From the NCBI GenBank assembly GCA_045541375.1, contig JAZQJB010000108.1, forward strand, positions 4,680 to 68,679: a DNA stretch of 64,000 nucleotides, given 5' to 3'. The translations under genes and the position numbers were made by a program. Position 1 is the stretch's first letter; each line of letters begins with the position of its first letter. A model generated the notes under the pieces. It was not told the DNA's origin. It saw only the letters and a list, made by a program, of their open reading frames with translations, and searched no databases. Below are positions 19,822-29,504 of this stretch, one piece after another. The stretch comes from Eubacteriales bacterium (GTDB lineage Bacteria; Bacillota; Clostridia; Oscillospirales; CAG-272).

Positions 19822-22152
19822 ATGCTTTCGATTCTTCGCAGATACACATCTTTGTTTTTAGCTTTGTGTATGCTTTTGACTCTTATCGCCTGCACGGCGG
19901 AGATTCCCGAGGAAACAACGGCTGAGCCTGTGATCACCGAACCCGAGGTGACCGAGCCGATCGAGGAGGTCGTTGAGACCTTCGATATCATCAAGGACGG
20001 CAAGTCGCTCTTTACCGTCATCCGCCCCGAAAAAGCCACGCAGGCGAATATCCGCGCGGCTATTACGATCAACAACCATATAAAGGATAACGGCGTTGAG
20101 TCGAAGATCTCCGACTGGGGCGACAAGACCGGAGAAGTCCCCGAGATACTTGTCGGCAATACCAAGTATTTCCCTGAGGATGCGCTCGAGGGTATTGATA
20201 TTATGGCTCTCGGTATGGATGGCTTCGTTATCAAGCATTACGGCAACAAGATCCTCATCGTTGGAAACAACGATACTGCCCTGATCGATGCCGCTGAATA
20301 CTTCATCACAAATTTTCTTGACATTAAAGGAGGCAAAACAGCTATGCCGAAGGATTATTGCCATATCGAAAGCCAAGGGCTTTTCCTTTCCGAACTTAAG
20401 CTCGGCGGAATCGATATTTCCGAATTTGCGCTCGCTTGCGATGCAGGATTTGAAGAGCCGGCTACTTACGTAAAAGAGCTTGTAAAAACAAAATGCGGTG
20501 TAGAGCTTTCGGACACCGGAGAGAAGAAGATACTCCTCACCGCTGACGGCGCAAAGCCACACGCTGTAACCGCGGATATGGAGAACGGAGATCTTGTTAT
20601 AAGAGCTGAAGATTTTGAAGCTATGAAGAAGGCTGTCGTATGCTTCTGGTATGAAAATATTGCGTATTCTCTCGGATCCTTCGATCTTCCCGCAGATACC
20701 GCATATTACCGTGATCTTGATCAAACGATCTTTTACAGTGACTATGGTGTAACCCAATCCGACAGCGTTTGCTGCCGCGAGCAGATCTATGATGTGCACG
20801 CCAAGGCTAATGAAAAAGGCTACAAGGTCTTTGCCGATTACGGCGCGAAGTACTATATCGCTTCGGTCGGAAGGTCTGTTATTATCGACACCGACGTCGA
20901 ATGGGGCAACGCACAGTTCACTATCGACGATTCGCAAGTCACGCCCGATAAGCGCGGAAACTGGATATTCACCCTCCTCGAGCGTACCGATTCATATAAG
21001 ATCGACAGCATCAAAACGCTTTCGCGCGATATGACTAATCTTGGTGTCACCTTCCCGCAAAGCTCCATCGTCACTTTCTACGATGACAAATCCACTCACT
21101 ATGTTCGTTATGGCGGAAATGCTGACAACGGTCAGACAAAGCGCGATAGCGTTGTCGTCGATAAGAACGGCAATATCGATATGGAAGCACCGCTTATGTG
21201 GGATTTTGACAATATCTCCTCAATAACCGTTCTGCCCATCGAGGAAGAAACGCGCTACATCAGCGGCGGCATCTTCACAACTATTGCAAATCAGGCACCC
21301 TCAGAGTATACGTATTACGCCCGCGGACTCAAGATAAACCGTTCAAATACCGTTCTCAACGGTATGAAGCACTATATCACGGGCGAAGGACCGACAGGCG
21401 CGCCTTATAATGGCTTCCTTTCGGTAAATAATTGCGCGTATGTCACAGTCAAAAACTGCGTGTTTACGGGTCACAAGACATATCAGAGTCCCACAACGGC
21501 AATGGGCTCGTATGACATCGGAATGGGCAATGCGATCTCGGTATTCTTTATCAACTGCACCCAGGCAAACGACATAAACGACAGCAAATATTGGGGCGTT
21601 TCGGGCACTAACTATTGTAAGAACTTTGTTTATGACGGTTGTATTCTTTCGAGATTTGATGCGCATAAGGGCGTTGCAAATGCCGCGATAAAGAACTCCG
21701 TCATCGGTCACGCGGGTGCAAGCATAATCGGATACGGCACGTTATTGATCGAGAATTCCACATTCTTTACCAACAAGATCATCAATCTCCGCAGCGACTA
21801 CGGAAGCTCTTGGGAGGGCGACATCATCATCAGAAACTGCACGATTTCTCCCGTAACGCAATCCGATATTACCGTTATTACCGGAAGCAACAAGGGTGAG
21901 CATGATTTCGGTTATCCTTGCTATGCGGGAATCAACGTGCTGATCGACGGCTTGACTATCGAAAACGCAAAGAAAGCTTATATTTTCGCAAATCTCAATT
22001 CAAATTGCAAGAGCGCGGATTATGTTCCGAAATATCCCTTCTATGCACCTCAAAAGGTCACTGTAAAGAATATTAATACAACGCTCAAAGAAGGACTCGG
22101 GGTTTCCGCGAACGAATATCTCTTTGCGAAGACAGAGTTCATATACGAATAA
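19822..22152 (+). CDS. secreted lipoprotein with shared N-terminal module and a C-terminal parallel beta-helix-like region, function unknown
   Basis: I chose ATG 19822 (RBS GGGAGG) over the track start, which reads through the spoVT terminator. Lipobox LIAC. The C-terminal half shows periodic N/G/V/I-rich repeats (e.g. VKNCVFTGH, NCTQAN, IRNCTIS) suggestive of a pectate-lyase-like fold. Confidence 0.6.
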   Translation: MLSILRRYTSLFLALCMLLTLIACTAEIPEETTAEPVITEPEVTEPIEEVVETFDIIKDGKSLFTVIRPEKATQANIRAAITINNHIKDNGVESKISDWGDKTGEVPEILVGNTKYFPEDALEGIDIMALGMDGFVIKHYGNKILIVGNNDTALIDAAEYFITNFLDIKGGKTAMPKDYCHIESQGLFLSELKLGGIDISEFALACDAGFEEPATYVKELVKTKCGVELSDTGEKKILLTADGAKPHAVTADMENGDLVIRAEDFEAMKKAVVCFWYENIAYSLGSFDLPADTAYYRDLDQTIFYSDYGVTQSDSVCCREQIYDVHAKANEKGYKVFADYGAKYYIASVGRSVIIDTDVEWGNAQFTIDDSQVTPDKRGNWIFTLLERTDSYKIDSIKTLSRDMTNLGVTFPQSSIVTFYDDKSTHYVRYGGNADNGQTKRDSVVVDKNGNIDMEAPLMWDFDNISSITVLPIEEETRYISGGIFTTIANQAPSEYTYYARGLKINRSNTVLNGMKHYITGEGPTGAPYNGFLSVNNCAYVTVKNCVFTGHKTYQSPTTAMGSYDIGMGNAISVFFINCTQANDINDSKYWGVSGTNYCKNFVYDGCILSRFDAHKGVANAAIKNSVIGHAGASIIGYGTLLIENSTFFTNKIINLRSDYGSSWEGDIIIRNCTISPVTQSDITVITGSNKGEHDFGYPCYAGINVLIDGLTIENAKKAYIFANLNSNCKSADYVPKYPFYAPQKVTVKNINTTLKEGLGVSANEYLFAKTEFIYE

Positions 22153-22159
22153 GATTTCT

Positions 22160-22187
22160 GCCGCCCCAGATTGGGGCGGCTTTTTTT
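22160..22187 (+). terminator. rho-independent terminator
   Basis: GCCGCCCCA-gat-TGGGGCGGC followed by TTTTTTT. Confidence 0.8.
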
Positions 22188-22280
22188 GATATATTTTTTG
22201 CTGTTTACAAAAAGGTCTTGATTTATTGTCGAAATTATATTATAATTATACCAAGTATAGTATAATGCGAGGAGTATGCC

Positions 22281-23174
22281 ATGCAGACAACCAAAGTTCG
22301 CAAAGCCGTTATTCCCGCGGCGGGGCTCGGCACGCGAATGCTTCCGATAGCTCGCGCCGTCCCAAAGGAAATATTGCCGATAGTTGACCGCCCCGCAATC
22401 TCGTATCTCGTTGAGGAAGCGGCAAGATCGGGCATCACCGATGTTCTGATCATAACCGGCAGAAACAAAGACGCGATAGAGGATTATTTTGATTATTCAC
22501 CCGAATATGAGGGCTATTTTACCTCCAAGGGCAGGGAAGAAGAGATCGAAAAGATCAGGGCGACCGCAGAGCCTCTCGGCGTGCGCGTTTATTTCCTACG
22601 TCAGAAGATCACTCGCGGTCTTGGTCACGCGATCGGATGCGCGCGCAATTTCGTCGGTGACGAGCCCTTTGCCATCCTTTACGGTGACGATATTATCTTT
22701 TCGGAAAAGCCCGTTGTGGCGCAGATGATCGAAACCTTCGAAAAATACGGCAGATCCGTCTGCGGAGTCAAGGAAGTTCCCACCGAGCTCGTCAAAAAAT
22801 ATTGCTCGCTCAAGACCCACCCCATTGAGGGAAGCGATCACGAATTTTTCGTTGACGATATGATCGAAAAGCCGAAGACCGATGCCGAGATCTTTTCGAA
22901 TTATTCGATCCTCGGCAGAGTTCTCGTCACCCCCGATATATTCGACATCATAGACGCGACTCCACCCGGCGCGGGCGGTGAGATACAGCTCACCGATGCG
23001 ATCGCGACAATTGCTCGCAGAGAGGGCGTGACCGCTCTTGATTTCGAGGGCAAACGCTTTGATCTCGGCTCAAAACTCGGATTCCTCGAGGCAAACGTCA
23101 CCGCCGCACTCGAGCACCCCGAGGTGGCAGACCGATTCAAAGAATTCTTAACCGATCTTGTAAATAAAATGTGA
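22281..23174 (+). CDS. galU: UTP--glucose-1-phosphate uridylyltransferase
   Basis: KAVIPAAGLGTRMLP, VDRP, GLGHA and GEIQLTDA blocks over the full 297 aa. Confidence 0.9.
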   Translation: MQTTKVRKAVIPAAGLGTRMLPIARAVPKEILPIVDRPAISYLVEEAARSGITDVLIITGRNKDAIEDYFDYSPEYEGYFTSKGREEEIEKIRATAEPLGVRVYFLRQKITRGLGHAIGCARNFVGDEPFAILYGDDIIFSEKPVVAQMIETFEKYGRSVCGVKEVPTELVKKYCSLKTHPIEGSDHEFFVDDMIEKPKTDAEIFSNYSILGRVLVTPDIFDIIDATPPGAGGEIQLTDAIATIARREGVTALDFEGKRFDLGSKLGFLEANVTAALEHPEVADRFKEFLTDLVNKM

Positions 23175-23184
23175 GGATATAAAA

Positions 23185-23676
23185 ATGTCAAGCAGAATTT
23201 CAAAAGAAAACTATTATCTTGATATCGCGCAGACCGTAAGCGAGCGCAGCACTTGCCTGCGCCGCCGCTTTGGCGCGATCATCGTCAAAAATGACAGTAT
23301 AATTGCAACAGGCTACAACGGCGCACCCCGCGGACGCAAGAATTGCGACGACCTCGGCTATTGCTTCCGCGAAAAGCTCGGCATCCCGAGAGGCGAAAGA
23401 TACGAGATGTGCCGCTCTGTCCACGCAGAGGCAAATGCCATCATTGCCGCACCCCGCGAGCAGATGCTCGGCTCGACTCTTTACATGGTCTGCACCTCGC
23501 CCGTTGACGGTTCTGTTATGGCGGGTACCACGAGCTGTATGATGTGCAAGAAGCTCGCCATCAATGCGGGCATCGAAAAGCTCGTCGTTCGCGATGACAA
23601 GGAGAATTTCCGCGTCATCAACGTCAGCGACTGGATCGATGACGACGATTCTCTCGCAGGTAAATTCGGTTATTGA
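23185..23676 (+). CDS. comEB: dCMP deaminase (ComEB-type cytidine/deoxycytidylate deaminase)
   Basis: Zinc motifs HAEANAI and CMMCKK. The N-terminal pattern NYYLDIAQTVSERSTC is typical of dCMP deaminases. Confidence 0.8.
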   Translation: MSSRISKENYYLDIAQTVSERSTCLRRRFGAIIVKNDSIIATGYNGAPRGRKNCDDLGYCFREKLGIPRGERYEMCRSVHAEANAIIAAPREQMLGSTLYMVCTSPVDGSVMAGTTSCMMCKKLAINAGIEKLVVRDDKENFRVINVSDWIDDDDSLAGKFGY

Positions 23677-23689
23677 TAGGGAGGATGAA

Positions 23690-24334
23690 ATGAAAACTTT
23701 TAAAAGGATTCTTTGTTTTTCTTTGGCTCTTATCTGCCTTGTTCTGTCGCTTACATCCTGCTCTAACAGAATGGTAATGACCGGCAGAGGGCTTACAAAC
23801 AAAAAGACGGGTATTGAGTATTCTTACGTTCTCAATCCCGCGTATCAACCCATTGAGTACTCCGACGAAGCTTATACAAAATGGAAGTACAACAAGATTA
23901 CGGTTGAGTATTTTTCCATCAAAGGGCTTAAGGAAGATGAATGGCTTTATTGTCCCACCCTCGGCGAGTTACTTTGTTCGACGGGCGAGGAGCTCCCCGA
24001 GCTTGGCGGATTTGAGTCGAACGGCGCTCTGATCTGTATCGAGGCTACCATCCCCTATTCGATCTACGAGATCAAGGATCAGGAGTTTATCGACAAGATA
24101 GTGGCAAGATACACAGATCCCGCAACCCCCTCATATTCCACTGTTATGGCAACCTCGAACTATTCGATCAAGTTCACGTCCGAAAAGTACCCCGAGTTTT
24201 ATTACAGCCTTGTGCTCGTTGCTGACGTTGACGGCACCTACATTCACGACAGAATGACGGGCAGATACATAGACATGGGCAATCTTTTCGATGAATACGA
24301 GCTTTACGATCTCGGGGAATACGACGAAGAATGA
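23690..24334 (+). CDS. small lipoprotein, function unknown
   Basis: ATG 23690 follows GGGAGG. Signal peptide with lipobox LTSC. No recognised motifs. The stop overlaps the rimI start. Confidence 0.55.
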   Translation: MKTFKRILCFSLALICLVLSLTSCSNRMVMTGRGLTNKKTGIEYSYVLNPAYQPIEYSDEAYTKWKYNKITVEYFSIKGLKEDEWLYCPTLGELLCSTGEELPELGGFESNGALICIEATIPYSIYEIKDQEFIDKIVARYTDPATPSYSTVMATSNYSIKFTSEKYPEFYYSLVLVADVDGTYIHDRMTGRYIDMGNLFDEYELYDLGEYDEE

Positions 24335-24777
24335 TCGGTCTTGATGTGAGAGAGCTTTCTCCCGAAATGCTCGGCGAGGCGGCAGAGATCGAAAGACTCT
24401 GCTTTTCCGAGCCCTGGAGCCCCGAAGCTCTGCTCTATATGTGCAAGTCACCGAACACCTATGCCGTTGCGGTTATGATCGACGGCAGACTTGCGGCATA
24501 CGGCGGGTGCGAATTCGTTCCGCCCGAAGCAAATATCGTGAATATCGCGACACACCCCGATTTTCGCCGACGCGGTTGCGCCTCGGCAGTCATTGACGCG
24601 CTTGAAGAATTTCTTTCTTCAAAGGGCGTGGACAGCATCTTTCTCGAGGTTCGCGTGTCAAATACACCCGCGCGCTCGCTTTATGAGAGCAAGGGCTTTC
24701 GCACGGTCGGCGTGCGGAAAAAATATTACCGCTTCCCAACCGAGGACGCGGCAGTTATGTTAAAAACTTTTGATTGA
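24331..24777 (+). CDS. rimI: ribosomal-protein-alanine N-acetyltransferase
   Basis: 148-aa GNAT with RRRGCASAV motif, positioned directly upstream of tsaD as in the conserved rimI-tsaD arrangement. Confidence 0.75.
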   Translation: MIGLDVRELSPEMLGEAAEIERLCFSEPWSPEALLYMCKSPNTYAVAVMIDGRLAAYGGCEFVPPEANIVNIATHPDFRRRGCASAVIDALEEFLSSKGVDSIFLEVRVSNTPARSLYESKGFRTVGVRKKYYRFPTEDAAVMLKTFD

Positions 24778-24786
24778 GGCAATTAA

Positions 24787-25812
24787 ATGTTGATTCTTGG
24801 AATTGAAACTTCCTGCGACGAAACAAGCGCCGCCGTTGTCGGCGACATCGGTGAAGGCGGCAAGCTTGTCGCACTTTCGAATATCGTTGCGTCGCAGATA
24901 GAAACCCACCGTCTCTACGGTGGCGTCGTTCCCGAAATTGCGGGTCGCGCGCATATCGAGGCGATCTCGGGCGTTGTTGAACGTGCGCTTTCCGAGGCAA
25001 ACGTGCAAATATCCGACCTTGACGGCGTGGCGGTCACCACCCACCCGGGGCTTATCGGCGCGCTCCTTGTCGGCGTAAACTTCGCAAAGGCTTTTGCTTT
25101 TGCAAATAAGCTCCCGCTTATCTCGGTCAACCATATCCACGCCCACACCGCGGCATCATATCTGACCGAAACACCCCCGAAGCCGCCCTATCTTTCGCTT
25201 GTCGTTTCGGGCGGGCACACTTCGTTTTATCTTGTAAAATCATATACTGAATACGTCGAGCTCGGCGGCACGCGCGATGACGCGGCAGGAGAGGCTTTTG
25301 ACAAGATCGGCAGAGTTATCGGTTTGCAGTATCCCGCAGGCGCAGCTATGGACAGGCTCGCGCACGAGGGTATAGCTTGCGGCAGAAAGCTCGATCTCAA
25401 GCTCCCCAGCCCCGCACTTACGGGCGATAATCTCGATTTTTCCTTCAGCGGACTCAAAACAGCCGCGCTGAATTATCTCAATAAGCTCGCACAGCAAAAG
25501 GTCGAGGTCGATCGCCCCGCATTTGCCGCGCTCTATACGGATACCGTTTGTTCCGCAGTGGCAAAGAAGATCCCGCAGGCGATCAAGATTTCGGGCGCAA
25601 AGCAGCTCGTTATGTCGGGCGGCGTTGCGGCAAATTCGCATCTCCGTGCCGCTGTCGGAAAGGCTTGCGAAAAAGCGGGCGCAGAGCTGATCCTTCCGCC
25701 CATCTCGCTTTGCGGAGATAACGGTGTAATGGTTGCCGCTCAGGGTTACTACGAGCTGAAGGCGGGCAGAGTTGCTGATACCTATCTCAACGCCTCGGCA
25801 TCCGACGATTGA
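24787..25812 (+). CDS. tsaD: tRNA N6-adenosine threonylcarbamoyltransferase
   Basis: ILGIETSCDETS start, HIEAH-type metal-site region (NHIHAH), and the SGGVAAN block are classic Kae1/TsaD. Confidence 0.9.
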   Translation: MLILGIETSCDETSAAVVGDIGEGGKLVALSNIVASQIETHRLYGGVVPEIAGRAHIEAISGVVERALSEANVQISDLDGVAVTTHPGLIGALLVGVNFAKAFAFANKLPLISVNHIHAHTAASYLTETPPKPPYLSLVVSGGHTSFYLVKSYTEYVELGGTRDDAAGEAFDKIGRVIGLQYPAGAAMDRLAHEGIACGRKLDLKLPSPALTGDNLDFSFSGLKTAALNYLNKLAQQKVEVDRPAFAALYTDTVCSAVAKKIPQAIKISGAKQLVMSGGVAANSHLRAAVGKACEKAGAELILPPISLCGDNGVMVAAQGYYELKAGRVADTYLNASASDD

Positions 25813-25824
25813 TGGAGAATACCA

Positions 25825-26847
25825 ATGAAAACAAAAGACAATAAAACTCTCCGCGTGAACTACGGACAAGGCGTCATAGTCCTGCCCGAGGCCGTAAATT
25901 CCGCACTTTCGTCCGCAAAGAAGACGGATATTATCGTTCTCATCACACTTCTTTCAGACACGTCCGCCGATGTTCCCGCGCTTGCGGAGAAATGCTCGGT
26001 CAGTGAAGATGCGGTTGAAAAGGCGATCGCTTTCTGGCGCGGCGCGGGAATTCTATCCTTTGAACAGGAAGAGACACCCGTAAAGGAAGAAAAAACTGCA
26101 GAAAAGCCCAAAAAGATCGGCAAGCGCGAGGATCTCGGAACGCTTCCGAACTATTCGAGCTCGGAAATCGCGGGAATGGTCGAAAACGACCGCGAGGTCG
26201 CTCTTATGATCGATGAATGCGAGCGCGCACTCGGAAAGATGCTCCGCGTAGGCGAGATCGCAAAGATCATTGCCCTGCGCGATTACCTCGGCTTTTCACC
26301 CGATTACATAACCACACTTTGTACCTATTGCGCGCAGATAGGCAAGAATTCCGTGCGCTATCTTGAAACCACCGCCATCTCGCTTTACGATGATGGCATT
26401 ACCGACAAGGAAACTCTCGAAGAGCATCTTCGCAAGGCACAACAAAAGCACGATCTCGAGGTTCAGATCCGTTCGCTCTTCGGTATGAATATGACCCGCG
26501 CGCTGACAACAAGAGAGAAGAAGTTCATCGAATCCTGGACACAGACGATGGGCTTTGGCATCGAGGTCATCAAGATCGCTTATGAGATCACGATCGACAA
26601 GATCAACGAGCCCTCGCTCAATTACGCAAACGCCATCCTTGAAAGCTGGAATGCAAGCGGTCTGAAGACTGAAGATGAAGTTCGCGCGCAGATGGCTGCC
26701 GAGGCAGAGGCGAAGGGTGAGCCCGCCGCGGGAAAGAGCTTTGACTCGACCGATTTCTTTGAAGCAGCGCTCCGCCGCAGCTATGAAGGCTCGGGCACGG
26801 CACCCGAGATCGCAAAACCCGCCCCCGCACAAAAGAAAAGAAAGTAA
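25825..26847 (+). CDS. DnaD-domain replication initiation/helicase-loading protein (DnaB(Bs)/DnaD-like)
   Basis: 340 aa with two DnaD-like repeat regions (YITTLCTYCA..., IEVIKIAYEITIDK...NYANAILESW). Immediately upstream of a DnaI/DnaC-like ATPase. Confidence 0.6.
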   Translation: MKTKDNKTLRVNYGQGVIVLPEAVNSALSSAKKTDIIVLITLLSDTSADVPALAEKCSVSEDAVEKAIAFWRGAGILSFEQEETPVKEEKTAEKPKKIGKREDLGTLPNYSSSEIAGMVENDREVALMIDECERALGKMLRVGEIAKIIALRDYLGFSPDYITTLCTYCAQIGKNSVRYLETTAISLYDDGITDKETLEEHLRKAQQKHDLEVQIRSLFGMNMTRALTTREKKFIESWTQTMGFGIEVIKIAYEITIDKINEPSLNYANAILESWNASGLKTEDEVRAQMAAEAEAKGEPAAGKSFDSTDFFEAALRRSYEGSGTAPEIAKPAPAQKKRK

Positions 26848-26858
26848 AGAGGCGCAAA

Positions 26859-27827
26859 ATGGGATACAATATAGATAATTTCCGCCGCATTCGCGAGGAA
26901 TATAAAGAAAAATACAAAAGGGCAGAGTCGGAGGCTGATGCGCGCCGCCGCGAGCTTTGGTCAAAGATCGACGGTCTCCGCGCACTCGACCGCGCTCTTT
27001 CGGACACGGGTCCCAGACTCCTCAATGCAGTTCTCGGCAAGGGCAACGAGTCCTTCGAGAAGGTGAAACACGATGTCGAAAGGCTCAATTACGAACGCAA
27101 TCTTCTTCTTGCGACTTACGGCTACCCCGCAGATTATTCGGATCCCCGATACGAATGCGACCTTTGCTGCGATTCGGGCTACGTTGACGGCGAGATGTGC
27201 GAGTGTATGAAGCTCCGCCTGCGTATGGCAGGTTACGAGAGCGCGGGTATCGCAAAGCTGATGGAAGAGCAGACCTTTGATAATTTCCGCCTTGATTACT
27301 ACAAAACCAATCCGCGTTCTTATGAGAATATGAGCTACGTTCTCAAAACAATGAAGGAATATGCCGCTAATTTCGACCCTTACAGTTCGCAGAATCTCCT
27401 GCTCCTCGGCGGTACGGGTCTCGGAAAGACTCATCTTTCGACCGCGCTGACAAGAGCCCTCGTTGACCGCGGCTTTGACGTTGTCTACACAGGCGCGATC
27501 GGTATGCTTGCCGATTTCGAGCGTAACCGCTTCGGCAATTCCGCGGGAAGTGAAAGCGGATACGATATCGACCGATATTACGCCTGCGATCTGCTCATAA
27601 TCGACGACCTCGGCGCCGAGGTCTCAAACCAGTTCACGGTAAGCACCATCTATAACGTGCTCAACAGCCGCATCTCGACGGGACTTCCCACCGTGATAAG
27701 CACAAACCTCAATCAGAATGAGCTCAATTCCCGCTATTGGGACAGAATCACAAGCCGCATCCTCGGCGAATTCCGCCCGCTCCTGTTCAGCGGAAGTGAT
27801 GTGAGAAAGCTGAAATTGACGGAATAA
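26859..27827 (+). CDS. DnaI/DnaC-like helicase loader ATPase
   Basis: Walker A GGTGLGKTHL, Walker B LLIIDDLG, N-terminal Cys cluster CDLCCDSGYVDGEMCEC (DnaI-type zinc domain). Confidence 0.75.
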   Translation: MGYNIDNFRRIREEYKEKYKRAESEADARRRELWSKIDGLRALDRALSDTGPRLLNAVLGKGNESFEKVKHDVERLNYERNLLLATYGYPADYSDPRYECDLCCDSGYVDGEMCECMKLRLRMAGYESAGIAKLMEEQTFDNFRLDYYKTNPRSYENMSYVLKTMKEYAANFDPYSSQNLLLLGGTGLGKTHLSTALTRALVDRGFDVVYTGAIGMLADFERNRFGNSAGSESGYDIDRYYACDLLIIDDLGAEVSNQFTVSTIYNVLNSRISTGLPTVISTNLNQNELNSRYWDRITSRILGEFRPLLFSGSDVRKLKLTE

Positions 27828-27860
27828 CCCCAAAAAAGTGTTTTTAGGAGGTTAGGCAAA

Positions 27861-28544
27861 TTGCGCTTTTTTAAGTATAAAAATGAAAATAAAAATTATA
27901 ATAATGCTTTGAAAGAGCAATACAAAAGTTTGACCGCAGATGAAAAACGTACAGTTCGTAAAGAAAAAAGATTGAGAAAATTCAGTACTATCATTACATT
28001 CCTTGTCTTTTTCTCTTGTATGTTTTTAGGAATCTATTTGATTTCTTTAATTCCTATCCCTGATTGGTGGCTGTGGGAGATCATTGTTATTATCGGAGAA
28101 ATTATTCTCGGTTTGCTCTTGCTCTATGTCAGCGGTATTATAACTTTTGGATTTACTTCGCCTTTATGGAAAAAGCTTGAGTCGTTTCACTTGCCATCTA
28201 TGAAAAAAGAAATTTTTTCAAAAGCATGCTCACATTTGCGCGATTATTATGAATTGCAAGAACCCTGTATTGTTACAAAGTGCTTTGAATCAACGGATAA
28301 AAGCTTTTCCAATCACGATGTGTGCATATTTGTCGTTCGTGATGAATTGCGAATTACGGTGGATCTGATGCGTGGCTTCCTTTACGGTTGGAAGGATTTG
28401 GGCTGTTATGCATTCAAGCAGAATGAGATAACCATATTAAAGCATCAAGATGGAAAGCACCTGAGGGCAGAGTTAAATGCGGGAGATGTTTCCTTCTTAT
28501 TTGGCTACAGAGCCAAAAGCTTTATAGAAAAGCACTTCCTTTAG
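27861..28544 (+). CDS. AT-rich orphan membrane protein (two predicted TM helices plus a soluble C-terminal domain), function unknown
   Basis: TTG start 9 nt after AGGAGG. 227-aa ORF ending at a strong terminator. Two long hydrophobic segments. Composition is visibly more AT-rich than the flanks. Confidence 0.55.
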   Translation: MRFFKYKNENKNYNNALKEQYKSLTADEKRTVRKEKRLRKFSTIITFLVFFSCMFLGIYLISLIPIPDWWLWEIIVIIGEIILGLLLLYVSGIITFGFTSPLWKKLESFHLPSMKKEIFSKACSHLRDYYELQEPCIVTKCFESTDKSFSNHDVCIFVVRDELRITVDLMRGFLYGWKDLGCYAFKQNEITILKHQDGKHLRAELNAGDVSFLFGYRAKSFIEKHFL

Positions 28545-28566
28545 TACTCTTGATATATCAATATAA

Positions 28567-28604
28567 GAATCCCGACAGACGTCAAAATCTGTCGGGATTC
28601 TTTT
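28567..28604 (+). terminator. rho-independent terminator
   Basis: 13-bp stem GAATCCCGACAGA / TCTGTCGGGATTC followed by TTTT. Confidence 0.8.
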
Positions 28605-28677
28605 GCATATTATTGCGACTTGCGGAAACAATAAAGATTGACAACATAGTCAAATCAAAAATCAAAGGAGCGCAAAA

Positions 28678-29130
28678 ATGCCTCAGATTAAAACCAAGAT
28701 CACAAGAGCGGTGCTTCTTGACGATCTTTATAAAAATCTCAAAATGGGAACCACTTCGACAACCGATATCCTCGGCAGAGTGAGAGACCCCGATCTCCGC
28801 GCCGAGATGACCAAGACCATTGATGGCTTTGAAGGCCTTGCTTCGCGCGTCTCGAAACTGATGATTGAGGCGGGCATCACACCCAAGGAAGAGAATATGC
28901 TTACCAAAGCGGGTGCGAAGATAGGTATGGTGATGAATACCGCCACCGATTCCACAAGCGAACATCTTGCAGAGATGATGATCCAGGGACTCACAATGGG
29001 AGTAACCGAGCTTTACCGCGACATTGGCGAAGCCGAGGAAGTAGGCATCTCCGGCGAAGCACTTTCGCTTGCCAAGGATGCCCTTGCATTTGAAGAAAAC
29101 GCTGTCGAAAAGTTCAAGACTTATCTGTAA
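28678..29130 (+). CDS. hypothetical helical protein (possibly a ferritin-like four-helix bundle)
   Basis: 150-aa ORF with RBS AAAGGAG. Composition predicts an all-helical protein. No motif recognised. Confidence 0.45.
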   Translation: MPQIKTKITRAVLLDDLYKNLKMGTTSTTDILGRVRDPDLRAEMTKTIDGFEGLASRVSKLMIEAGITPKEENMLTKAGAKIGMVMNTATDSTSEHLAEMMIQGLTMGVTELYRDIGEAEEVGISGEALSLAKDALAFEENAVEKFKTYL

Positions 29131-29134
29131 AACA

Positions 29135-29167
29135 ATATTCCTCGGACATTTCCTGTCCGAGGAATAT
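29135..29167. terminator. bidirectional hairpin terminator
   Basis: 14-bp stem ATATTCCTCGGACA / TGTCCGAGGAATAT between convergent stops at 29130 and 29172. Confidence 0.7.
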
Positions 29168-29171
29168 AATA

Positions 29172-29504
29172 TTATTTAGCATCCTTAGCAGCCTTATCTG
29201 CTTCCTTCTGCGCGTCCTTTTCTGCCTTTGCTTCTTTGATGTCGCGTTCAATTTCCTTTTCGGTCTTGCGGAGTTCCGCGATCCTCGAAAGAGAAGCCTC
29301 GATCTTTTCGGCATTGTCGCTGCCGCCGTTGAGCTTGGCATAAGTCAGCTTGCCGAGTGTGGCATATTCCTTCTCAAGTCTGTTTTTGATGTTTTCAAGC
29401 TTTATCTGCATCCCCGCGGCATCGGTCAGCCTTACAGCCTCGGAAGAAAGCTTATCGAAAAATCTTCCAGCACCGTCGCAAAATTCGTTCCAAGAGTTTG
29501 ACAT
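29172..29504 (-). CDS. hypothetical coiled-coil protein with a Lys/Glu/Ala-rich tail
   Basis: ATG 29504 lies 7 nt after GGGGGA. 110 aa with heptad-like charged sequence. No recognised domain. Confidence 0.45.
   Translation of the reverse strand: MSNSWNEFCDGAGRFFDKLSSEAVRLTDAAGMQIKLENIKNRLEKEYATLGKLTYAKLNGGSDNAEKIEASLSRIAELRKTEKEIERDIKEAKAEKDAQKEADKAAKDAK

Noticed and set aside
25825-27827. DnaD plus DnaC/DnaI-like pair as a phage or plasmid replication module.
   Set aside because: No integrase, repressor, structural or lysis genes are nearby. The composition matches the flanks. The genes sit in a housekeeping run (galU, dCMP deaminase, rimI, tsaD). They are more likely the chromosomal helicase-loading genes.
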